From Clostridia bacterium (lineage in GTDB: Bacteria; Bacillota; Clostridia; TANB77; CAG-508), in the NCBI GenBank assembly GCA_900770415.1, contig CAAGKN010000013.1, positions 651-64,650 of the forward strand: DNA of 64,000 bases, read 5' to 3'. The notes below the pieces were generated by a model that worked only from the letters and a program-made list of their open reading frames with translations, was not told where the DNA came from and searched no databases. Positions 21,719 to 31,646 of this stretch are shown here, piece after piece. Positions within the stretch are counted from its first letter, which is position 1. Each line of letters opens with the position of its first letter. A program made the position numbers and the translations under genes.

Positions 21719-22540
21719 TTATATTATACTAATATATTCTTTTATTATTTCTTTAAATTTAATTTTTACTTTTTCGGCTGTTTGTTTTACATCATCATAA
21801 GATAATTTTTCATCTAATACTCCTGCAGCCATATTTGTTATGCAAGATACTCCTACGCATTTTATTCCACAATGATGTGCTATTACAGCTTCTGGTACAG
21901 TTGACATTCCTACTGCATCTGCTCCTAAAGTTCTTAATGCTCTTATTTCTGCTGGTGTTTCAAATGTAGGTCCTTTCATATATGCATAAATACCCTCTTG
22001 GGCTCTACCTGTATGTTTATTTATTACGTCTTTAAGTTTTTTGCTTAAATCTTTATCAAAAGTTTCACTCATATCTGGAAATCTATCTCCAAATTCTTCT
22101 AAATTTTTTCCCCTTAATACTGATTCTGCAAAAAAGCTCAAATAGTCATTTATCACCATAAAATCTCCAGCAACATATTCTTTATTTACTCCTCCCGCTG
22201 CATTAGTTATTATAAGTTTCTCTATTCCTAATAATTTAAAAACTCTCTCTGGAAAAGTAGTTTCTTTTAAGTCATACCCTTCATAGTAATGAAATCTTCC
22301 ATTCATTGCTATTATTTCTTTTTCTCCAAGCTTTCCAATTATTAGTTCTCCTGCATGTCCTTCTACTGTAGATACTGGAAAATTTGGTATTTCATTATAT
22401 TTTATTACTATTTTTTCTTTGAATTCTTCTTTTAACACTCCTAAGCCAGATCCCAATATAATTGCTATTTTAGGACTTAAACTTCCTATCCTCTCCTTTA
22501 TATAGTTCGTACTTTCTTGGTATTGTTCATAACTAAACAT
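21719..22540 (-). CDS. punA: Purine nucleoside phosphorylase, trimeric PunA type
   Basis: 273 aa with the GRFHYYEGY, GVNKEY and MSTVPE signatures. Confidence 0.85.
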   Translation of the reverse strand: MFSYEQYQESTNYIKERIGSLSPKIAIILGSGLGVLKEEFKEKIVIKYNEIPNFPVSTVEGHAGELIIGKLGEKEIIAMNGRFHYYEGYDLKETTFPERVFKLLGIEKLIITNAAGGVNKEYVAGDFMVINDYLSFFAESVLRGKNLEEFGDRFPDMSETFDKDLSKKLKDVINKHTGRAQEGIYAYMKGPTFETPAEIRALRTLGADAVGMSTVPEAVIAHHCGIKCVGVSCITNMAAGVLDEKLSYDDVKQTAEKVKIKFKEIIKEYISII

Positions 22541-22554
22541 ACTATTCTCCTTTC

Positions 22555-24019
22555 TTATCTCTCATCTAATTCAATGTCTTCTGTTTCATAACTGTCTTTT
22601 TCTTCGTTATAATGATATATTGTTTCTCTTTTATCTGCTTTTACTACAAACTCATCATTCGAATTAATGTATACATATTTATTGCTTCCATTTGGATATG
22701 GTATTGATATACTTGTGACTGGTTCGTCTGTCGTTTTTATACTATCAGATAACTCTTTTATTGCTTTTTCTCGTTCTTCCTTAGTTAATTCATTATCTAT
22801 AAGTTCTGCTCTTTCATTTAATAATTTACTTCCTAATGGATGAAAAACTAAAGGTAATGCGTTTCCCCTATCACATAAATTCAACACAAGATCTGAAGGC
22901 TTTTCGCTTTTAGAAATATTAGCATAAGCTTTTAATTTTTGTATTTGTTCTTCATTTATTTTTATATATTCATTTGGCTTTGTTGAAAATATGTATGCCT
23001 TATCATTAAGCGTTAACATACAAAATCTATTTTTAACTTTATTATCTGGATTTTCAAAATCTAATACATCTTTTATTATACTGTCTTCTGGAATATCTTT
23101 GCTGTTCACAAAGCAATCATATCTAGTTATTTTGCTATACTCTTCTTTTTTTAATACTTCTTTTAATAAAAGTCTACTATAATACATAACAAAATCTGCA
23201 TGCCCATTTATGTTGTCTCTGTGGTTAAAGTAATCAAAAATCCAATCCATTTTAGCTTCTAGCTCTTCATCACTTGTCATGTTTTTATATTTTTTATCTA
23301 TTTCAGATTTTGCTTGTTCTTCTACTTCTTTTGTAGCCATTCCGTTTTTCCAATTTTAGTTTTGTAGTGGCCCATTCGTTTTCAGCCATTATTTGCTTGA
23401 AATTTAAAAATTCATCTTTTATTTGTTGAATTACAGTATTCATATACATGTTTTGTTGTTTGTATCCTAAATTAGTATCTATTTTATCTAATGTTTCTTC
23501 ATCTAAAAAACTAATGTTTTCAAGCCTTTTTCCATCTGTTGTAAGGTCTTTTTCAAATTTTTTGTATCTTCTTTCATAATAGGCTTCAGATGCAAAATCA
23601 GGGGTTTTCATTCCAGTTTGAATATTTTCCATATCTTCTAAATAGTTTACGATATATTGTTTTCCGTTTTTAGTTGTTATTAATACATCTGTATGTTTAA
23701 ACATATCTGTATCACAAGATACTGTTTGTGCATTAATTCCATTTTCCTGTAAAATTTCTGCTACCATCTCGCAAAGTGGCTTGCACACAGTTGCAACATT
23801 TTCTTTTTTATCTCTTAAATTTTGTTCAACTATTTCTTTATTAGTTGAATTTCTATATGCATTGGCTTTACCCTTAAGATTTCCTCCTGCATAAAAGAAT
23901 TCCATATTTCTCTTTAATACTGGTAAAATCAAAATCTCTAGCTTTCTGGCCATAGCAATTTCTTTTTCTTCTTCTGTTAAATTCTTTTTTTCTTTTTCAT
24001 TTAAATTTAATTTAATCAT
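22555..24019 (-). CDS. Hypothetical protein encoded as two overlapping 261-codon ORFs (23303..24088 and 22555..23340). Candidate single gene joined by a +1 shift at AAA-CGG-A (23342..23344)
   Basis: The upstream ORF ends ...ENEWATTKLKLEKRNGYKRSRRTSKI*. Skipping the C of CGG gives ...KLKLEK-G-MATKEVEEQAKSEID..., which enters the downstream ORF. The N-half has a Cys...His arrangement (VCKPLCEMVAEIL...GINAQ...HTDVLITT) faintly like the transglutaminase fold. Likely start is ATG 24019, after AAAGGAG. Confidence 0.4.
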
Positions 24020-24138
24020 GGCTACTCCTTTGGTTTGTATTTTATCATAATTTTTTTTCCACTTCAATAATTTATTGAAAATGTACATAGATAATGTTAT
24101 AATGCTTTTAAATTTAATTTTGCAAAGGTGGTTTTATT

Positions 24139-24705
24139 ATGAAAACAGCATTTATCTTACATGGTTTTAATGGTGATACAACATATACCTTTGGGCCTGC
24201 ACTAAAAGATTTTTTAGAATCAAAAAATTATTCTGTAATTATGCCCAATTTTCCTATTCGTTCTGAAGCATCTTTTGAAAAATGGTCTAAGATCTTAGAT
24301 AAATATAAAGATAAATTTAATACAGATACAATTGTTGTTGCTCATTCTATTGGAAATCCTTTCTTTTTAAAATACCTTTATAATAACAACTTAAAATCTA
24401 ATTTATATGTTAGTGTAGCTGGCTTTTGTGATTTATTTAAAGTAGAAGGAAGAGAAGATTTAAATTCTGCATTTGTTAATTTTTCTGTTACAGACAATGA
24501 AATAAATTATTTAAAGAAATCCGTACCTTATAGATTTTCTTTATATAGTGATAACGACCATGTTATTCCTTTCAATATTCTAGAAAGTTTTATTTCAAAA
24601 ATAGATAGCACACCAGTTTTTATAAAAGGTGTTGGTCACATGGGCAATAGAGATAATGTATCTAGATTGACTCAGATCGAAGAAATTATAAACCAACTAT
24701 ATTAA
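24139..24705 (+). CDS. Alpha/beta hydrolase, YdeN/RBBP9-like serine hydrolase
   Basis: 188 aa with ILHGFNG, a nucleophile elbow VAHSIG and a C-terminal GHM. Confidence 0.6.
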   Translation: MKTAFILHGFNGDTTYTFGPALKDFLESKNYSVIMPNFPIRSEASFEKWSKILDKYKDKFNTDTIVVAHSIGNPFFLKYLYNNNLKSNLYVSVAGFCDLFKVEGREDLNSAFVNFSVTDNEINYLKKSVPYRFSLYSDNDHVIPFNILESFISKIDSTPVFIKGVGHMGNRDNVSRLTQIEEIINQLY

Positions 24706-24714
24706 TCCAAATTT

Positions 24715-24739
24715 AAAAGACGCACAATGTGCGTCTTTT
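24715..24739. terminator. Bidirectional terminator between the hydrolase gene and spoIVA
   Basis: AAAAGACGCAC-AAT-GTGCGTCTTTT. Confidence 0.7.
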
Positions 24740-24743
24740 AAAT

Positions 24744-26223
24744 TTATAATATTATACAAATTAACCCTCCACTTCCTTCGTTTATAATTCTTTCTAATGT
24801 CTCTTGTAATTTTTCTTGTGCATCTTCTGGCATTCTAGAGAGTTTATTTTGTAGGCCTTCGTTTACTAATTCATGTAAGTTCTTACCAAATATGTTTGAT
24901 TCCCAAATTTTTATTGGATCATTTTCAAATTCTGATAGTAAATAATTTACTAATTCTTCTGATTGCTTTTCACTTCCTACTATTGGTGATACTTCTGTTT
25001 CAATATCTGCCCTAATCATGTGTATAGAAGGTGCTTTTGCTCTTAACCTTACACCAAAGCGAGAACCCTGTTTTACCATTTCTGGTTCATCTAGTATTAG
25101 TTCTTCCATAGTTGGAGTTACTATTCCATATCCTTTTTGTTTTACTTCTTCTAATGCAATTGCAACTTTATCATATTCTTTTTTTACACTTGCTAAATTA
25201 GAAATTGTAGAGAATAAATCTGCTTCATTTTGTACATCTACTCCTGTTATTTCTGTTAGTACTTGATAGAATAGTTCTTCTTGTAATGTAATTTCTAAAC
25301 TTACAGATCCGTTTCCTAAGTTTATTTCTTTTATTGTTGTTTGTTTAACTATTTCTGTACTATTTATTCTTTCTATTCCTACATTTATATTTTTTACTGC
25401 ATTTGTATTTTTAAATGCTTCTTTTATATTTGTATATAATTCTTGTTTTAGTGGATGCTCATCATCCAATCCATCTACCCAACCTGGGAAATTTAAATTT
25501 ATTCTTTCTACTGGGAATTCATATAGTATTTTTCCAAATATATCGTTAACATCTTCCATGTTTAAATTTGTACAGTCTGTTGGAATTACTGCTACTTGAT
25601 ACTTATCCTCTAGTGTTCTTGATAATTCTTTTGTATAATCTGAATATGGGTTGTTTGTGTTTAATACAATTACAAATGGCTTATTAAGTTCTTTTAGTTC
25701 TTTTACTACTCTTTCTTCTGCTTCTACATAATCTTCTCTTGGAATTTCTGTTATGCTTCCGTCTGTTGTAACAAGTATTCCTATTGTAGAATGTTCTGTA
25801 ATTACTTTTTTAGTTCCTATTTCTGCCGCAACTTCAAATGGCATTTCTTCATCTGACCATGGCGTTTTTACCATTCTTGGAACTTCATTTTCCATATACC
25901 CAAGTGCATTATTTACTAAATATCCTACACAATCTACTAGTCTAGTCTTTAATTTTAAATTATCACCAATTGTAATTTCTACTGCTTCGTTCGGTACAAA
26001 TTTTGGTTCTGTTGTCATTATTGTTCTTCCTGCTGCACTTTGTGGAAGTTCATCTCTTGCTCTTTCTCTTTTATGAGTGTTTTGTATGTTTGGTAAAACT
26101 ACTAAATCCATAAAGTTTTTAATAAAAGTAGATTTACCAGTTCTTACTGGGCCGTACTACTCCAACATATATATCTCCATCTGTACGATTAGCAATGTCC
26201 TCATATATTTCTAGATTCTCCAT
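24744..26223 (-). CDS. spoIVA: Stage IV sporulation protein A, interrupted by one extra nucleotide at a zero-frame CGG (26152..26154) inside the Walker A motif
   Basis: ATG at 26223 after AGGAGG gives MENLEIYEDIANRTDGDIYVGVV. The zero frame then reads RPSKNW*. The +1 frame reads GPVRTGKSTFIKNFMDLVVLPNIQ..., joining the 455 aa ORF. Total is about 492 aa, as for SpoIVA. Confidence 0.9.
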
Positions 26224-26310
26224 ACTAATATTCCCTCCTAAATAAAAATGTTTGTACAATTAAACTTTAATAAATGTATATTAGGAAAGAACAATTATTA
26301 TTACACTTTT

Positions 26311-26466
26311 TTAATCTTTTTTTCCTTTTTCTTTTTTAGTCATGTTTGCCATTTTATTTGCTTGCTCTTTTTGTTTCTCTAATGGTAGCCATTGATATTC
26401 TGAGCATACAAATTCTCCATATTTTGTTGTATTTTCTTTTTTTAGTTCGTCTTTATTTTTTTCCAT
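26311..26466 (-). CDS. Possible small protein (51 aa, Lys/Glu-rich)
   Basis: ATG at 26466 preceded by GAGGTG. However, that RBS is the 3' arm of the upstream terminator hairpin and no separate promoter is visible. Confidence 0.25.
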   Translation of the reverse strand: MEKNKDELKKENTTKYGEFVCSEYQWLPLEKQKEQANKMANMTKKEKGKKD

Positions 26467-26474
26467 AAAAAAAT

Positions 26475-26510
26475 CACCTCATAAAATAGTATTACTTATT
26501 CTATGAGGTG
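26475..26510 (-). terminator. Intrinsic terminator after the FtsZ-like gene
   Basis: On the minus strand: CACCTCATA-18 nt loop-TATGAGGTG, followed by ATTTTTTT. Confidence 0.6.
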
Positions 26511-26520
26511 TTATTCATAT

Positions 26521-27465
26521 TTATTCTTCTACACCTGTTGCAACAACAGTAACTTCCACTTCATCCTGTAATGACTCATCTATTACTGTTCCAAATATAA
26601 TGTTTGCATCATCACTTACTTTATCATTTATAACTTGAACTGCTGTATTAATTTCTGTTAGGCTAAGGTTTTCTCCTCCTCTTACATTAAAAATTACACC
26701 TTTTGCATTATCTATTTTGTTTTCTGTTAAAGGATTATTTATTGCAGTTTTTACAGCATCTTCTAGTGTTTCTCCTTTTTCTGCTCTTCCTATTCCCATG
26801 TATGCCTTTCCTGTATAACTAAAAATAGTTTTTATATCTGCAAAGTCAATATTTATTTCTCCAACTGTTGTAATCAAATCTGTTATACTTTGTATTCCTT
26901 GTTCTAGAATACTATCTGCTATTTCGAATGCATCTTGTATTGTTGTTTTATTTCCTATAACTTTTAACAATTTGTCGTTTGATACAACAATTAAAGCATT
27001 AACATTATCTAGTAATTTTTTTGTTCCAATGTCTGCTCTAATACTTCTTTTTCTGCCTTCAAAAGTAAATGGCTTTGTTACAATACCAACTGTTAAAATA
27101 TTCATTTCTTTTGCTAACTCAGCTATTACTGGTATTGCTCCTGTTCCTGTTCCTCCACCCATTCCAGCAGTTAAAAATAACATATCTGTATTCTCTAATA
27201 TTTTTCTTATTTGTTCTCTGCTCTCTAGGGCTGCTTTTTCACCTATAATTTCATTTGCTCCTGCTCCCAAGCCATTTGTTGTTTGTTTTCCTATTTGCAA
27301 TACATTTCTAGTATTTGCCCTTTTTAGTGTTCCTGTTTCGGTATTTAATAAGTATGTTTCTATATTTTGAACTCCATCATTTATAATTCTCATAGCAGCA
27401 TTGTTTCCTCCGCCACCTACTCCTATAACTTTAACTTTTACAATATTTTCTTTATCTTTATACAT
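26521..27465 (-). CDS. ftsZ: FtsZ homologue lacking the C-terminal linker and conserved tail peptide
   Basis: Tubulin/FtsZ signature GGGTGTG, VIGVGGGGNNA and NVRGG. The protein ends 4 residues after the core (VTVVATGVEE*). Preferred start is ATG 27465 (MYKDKENIV), after GGAAGGA. Confidence 0.85.
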   Translation of the reverse strand: MYKDKENIVKVKVIGVGGGGNNAAMRIINDGVQNIETYLLNTETGTLKRANTRNVLQIGKQTTNGLGAGANEIIGEKAALESREQIRKILENTDMLFLTAGMGGGTGTGAIPVIAELAKEMNILTVGIVTKPFTFEGRKRSIRADIGTKKLLDNVNALIVVSNDKLLKVIGNKTTIQDAFEIADSILEQGIQSITDLITTVGEINIDFADIKTIFSYTGKAYMGIGRAEKGETLEDAVKTAINNPLTENKIDNAKGVIFNVRGGENLSLTEINTAVQVINDKVSDDANIIFGTVIDESLQDEVEVTVVATGVEE

Positions 27466-27488
27466 GTTCCTTCCGCCTTTCTTTTGCA

Positions 27489-27517
27489 ATTATAATAAAT
27501 CTAATACTAATTTTCAA
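27489..27517 (-). promoter_or_regulatory. Promoter for the FtsZ-like gene
   Basis: On the minus strand: TTGAAA (27517..27512), 17 nt, TATAAT (27494..27489). Confidence 0.5.
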
Positions 27518-27535
27518 GTTTTTGTTAAAATATTG

Positions 27536-27566
27536 TAAAAAGATTGCATTAATACGCAATCTTTTT
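27536..27566 (-). terminator. Terminator after lexA
   Basis: AAAAAGATTGC-loop-GCAATCTTTTT. Confidence 0.6.
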
Positions 27567-27580
27567 ATCACACTCAATTA

Positions 27581-28234
27581 TTATAATTTTCTAAATACTC
27601 CTCCAACAACACCAAGTATTTTACAGTCTGGCACTATTATTGGATCCATTGTACTATTTTCCGGTTGTAATCTTATATAATCTTTTTCTTTATAGAATGT
27701 TTTTACTGTTGCTTCATCTTCTATTAATGCTACTACTATTTGACCATTTCTTGCACTATTTTGTCTTTTTACTAGTATGTAATCTCCATCTAGAATTCCT
27801 GCTTCTATCATACTTTCTCCACGTACTGTAAGCATAAAGCTTTCGCTGTTTCCAACAAAATCAATTGGAATAGGAAATGTGTCTGTTACATTTTCTACTG
27901 CAAGTATTGGTGCTCCTGCTGTTATTTTTCCTATAACTGGAACATCAACTAATTCTCTTCCATTGTATAAAGGCTTTGGAGAAGGTTTTTCGTTATCTGC
28001 AAGTCCTCCTTTTAGCACTCTTAAAGTTCTTCCTTTTTGGTCTTCTTTTTTAATATATCCCTTTTTAGTTAATTTTGCTAAATAACCATGAACTGTTGCT
28101 GTTGAACTTAATCCAACTGCTTTTCCTATTTCTCTTACTGATGGTGGATATCCTTTTTCATTTATTTGTTTTTCTATAAATTTTAGTATAGCTCTTTCTC
28201 TTTTATTTAAGTCAGTCATTTCTTCTTTACTCAC
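27581..28234 (-). CDS. lexA: LexA repressor
   Basis: 217 aa with an N-terminal winged HTH ([21 protein letters not shown]), an AG cleavage site region, and S24 peptidase Ser (RGESM) and Lys (VKTF). Confidence 0.9.
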   Translation of the reverse strand: MSKEEMTDLNKRERAILKFIEKQINEKGYPPSVREIGKAVGLSSTATVHGYLAKLTKKGYIKKEDQKGRTLRVLKGGLADNEKPSPKPLYNGRELVDVPVIGKITAGAPILAVENVTDTFPIPIDFVGNSESFMLTVRGESMIEAGILDGDYILVKRQNSARNGQIVVALIEDEATVKTFYKEKDYIRLQPENSTMDPIIVPDCKILGVVGGVFRKL

Positions 28235-28313
28235 TATTAATCACTCCCGAAAATTTATTTGCCTATATAGTATCATAAGTTTTTTTAGTTGTCAAACAAA
28301 TTTTTGGATTTTT

Positions 28314-29589
<1,276 letters not shown>

Positions 29590-29590
<1 letters not shown>

Positions 29591-30609
29591 TATTCTTCTC
29601 CTTCAAAGTAGTCTAATTTCATTGCTTTTTTTACTTTTGCCATTGTTTCTTTTGCTTTTTTTCTTGCTTTCTCTGTTCCTTCCATCAGTATTTTATCTAC
29701 TAGTTCTGGATGTGCTTCGTAATATTCTCTTTTTTCTCTAATTGGTTTTAAAATTTCTATAATATTTTTTGCAAGTTCTCTTTTGCATGCTACGCAACCA
29801 CGTTTTCCTGCTCTACATTCTTCACATATTTTGTTTAATTCCTCTTTTGGCGTAAATAAATTGTGGTAATATGCAACCATACATATATCAGGATTTCCTA
29901 AATCATCTTTTCTTATTCTATTTGGATCTGTTACAGCTCCCATTACTTTTTTAGTAATTTCTTCTTCTGAATCTGATAAATATATTGCATTTCCTAGTGA
30001 TTTTCCCATTTTTTCGTTTCCATCTAGGCCTTTTATTCTTTTTGTGCTTGAAAGAACTGCTTCTGGTTCTACTAAAACGTCTCCATAAATACTATTAAAT
30101 TTTCTAACAATTTCTCTACATTGTTCTATTAAAGGTAGTTGGTCTTCACCTACTGGTACTAGTTTTCCTTCAAATGCTGTTATATCTGCTGCTTGGCTTA
30201 CTGGATATCCTAAAAATCCATACGTTACGCTCTCTCCAAAAACATCTCTTTTTTGTGCAATTTCTGTTTTTACTGTTGGGTTTCTTTGAAGTCTTGCTAT
30301 TGTAACAAGATTTGAATAGTATACTGTAAGTTCTGCAACTTCTGGTATCATTGATTGAATATATATAGTAGTTTTACTTGGATCTATTCCTACTGATAAA
30401 TAATCCATTGCTACTTCTCTTACATTTTTTCTAACTTTTTCTGGATTGCCAAAATTATCTGTTAATGCTTGAACATCAGCAATTAATATATATTGATCAT
30501 ATTTTCCACTTTCTTGTAATTCTACTCTTGTTTTTAAAGAGCCAAAATAATGACCTATATGTAATCTACCTGTTGGTCTATCTCCTGTAAGAACTATTTT
30601 TTTCTCCAT
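29590..30609 (-). CDS. trpS: Tryptophan--tRNA ligase
   Basis: Class I HIGH (LHIGHY) and KMSKS-like (KMGKS) motifs. ATG at 30609, 6 nt after AAGAGGTG. Confidence 0.9.
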
Positions 30610-30713
30610 AATTTGCACCTCTTATTTTTTAATATTTATATATTATATACTATTTTTTTTATTATTACAATAAAAGTAAATTGGAAAGTTTCTAATAAAC
30701 CTTTAATTAAAAA

Positions 30714-30741
30714 AACTCCTCAAATCTTTGAAGAGTTTTTC
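30714..30741 (-). terminator. Hairpin terminator after rpmA
   Basis: ACTCCTCAAA-TC-TTTGAAGAGT, flanked by A and T runs. Confidence 0.5.
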
Positions 30742-30749
30742 TTTATTTT

Positions 30750-31010
30750 TTAGGCTTCTTCTTGGTAAACACTTACTTGTTTTTTGTCTTTACCTTTTCT
30801 TTCGAACTTAACTTTTCCATCTACTACTGAATATAATGTATCATCACTACCTTTTTTTACATTAATTCCTGGATGTATTTTTGTTCCTCTTTGTCTTACT
30901 AATATATTTCCTGCTAGAACGAATTCTCCGTCTGCTCTTTTCACACCTAAACGTTTTGACTCACTGTCTCTACCGTTCTTAACACTACCTTGACCTTTTT
31001 TATGTGCCAT
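30750..31010 (-). CDS. rpmA: 50S ribosomal protein L27
   Basis: [24 protein letters not shown]..., a mature-type N-terminus with no propeptide. Confidence 0.95.
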   Translation of the reverse strand: MAHKKGQGSVKNGRDSESKRLGVKRADGEFVLAGNILVRQRGTKIHPGINVKKGSDDTLYSVVDGKVKFERKGKDKKQVSVYQEEA

Positions 31011-31061
31011 CTATAATTCACTCCCTTCACGTTTTCCTACAATCTATCTTTTTATTTACTA

Positions 31062-31511
31062 CTATGCTTCAACTTTTTCTTCTTTTTTTGTAGCTGTTTT
31101 CTTTGCTGTTGTAGCTTTAGTTGTTGTTGCTTTTTTTGCTGTTGTAGTTGTTTTTGCTGCTGGTTTTTCAGCTGTTTCTGCTTTTTCAGCTTTAGCTGCT
31201 GCAGTTTTTATTGATGTTATTTCAACTTTTGTATAAGGTTGTCTATGTCCTTGTTTCTTTCTTTCATTCTTTTTAGCTTTCATTTTGAAAACGATAATTT
31301 TTTTACCTTTTCCGTGAGCTACTACTTTACCTTCTACTTTAACACCTTTTACGTAAGGGTTACCAACTTGTACTTTTCCATCATCAGATACTAATATTAC
31401 TTTATCAAAAGTAACTTTTTTTCCTTCTTCTGCATCTAATTTTTCAAAAAATACTACGTCTTTTTCTTCTACTTTGTATTGCTTTCCACAAGCTTCAATT
31501 ACTGCGTACAT
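31062..31511 (-). CDS. rplU: 50S ribosomal protein L21 with an Ala/Lys/Thr-rich C-terminal extension
   Basis: [16 protein letters not shown]... L21 core of about 102 aa, then [46 protein letters not shown]. Confidence 0.9.
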   Translation of the reverse strand: MYAVIEACGKQYKVEEKDVVFFEKLDAEEGKKVTFDKVILVSDDGKVQVGNPYVKGVKVEGKVVAHGKGKKIIVFKMKAKKNERKKQGHRQPYTKVEITSIKTAAAKAEKAETAEKPAAKTTTTAKKATTTKATTAKKTATKKEEKVEA

Positions 31512-31614
31512 TCTTTATACGACCTCCATTTTTCTAATACTCGCTAAGATTACAACTTAGGTAGCTATTAAATTAATAGCATTTAAACCTAACTTATGCG
31601 GCTTACAGATGAAT
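31512..31614 (-). promoter_or_regulatory. rplU 5' leader, candidate L21-leader-type structured RNA
   Basis: About 100 nt untranslated leader containing complementary segments CCTAAGTTAGG and TAGCTACCTAAGTTG. Position is analogous to the Bacillota L21 leader. Confidence 0.35.
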
Positions 31615-31643
31615 ATTTTACCATAGCTTGCGCCATTTGTCAA
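31615..31643 (-). promoter_or_regulatory. Promoter for rplU-rpmA
   Basis: On the minus strand: TTGACA (31643..31638), 17 nt, TAAAAT (31620..31615). Confidence 0.55.
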
Positions 31644-31646
31644 ACA

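Noticed and set aside
28235-28313. Looked for a LexA/Cheo box (GAAC-N4-GTTC) in the lexA promoter and in front of the FtsZ-like gene.
   Set aside because: No GAAC...GTTC dyad was found by eye in either region, so no SOS operator is claimed.
30610-30749. Looked for a T-box leader upstream of trpS, and likewise upstream of lysS at 2428..2524.
   Set aside because: The gaps are only about 100-140 nt and are partly occupied by a terminator or a divergent promoter. No specifier hairpin or T-box (AGGGTGGNACCGCG-like) sequence is visible.
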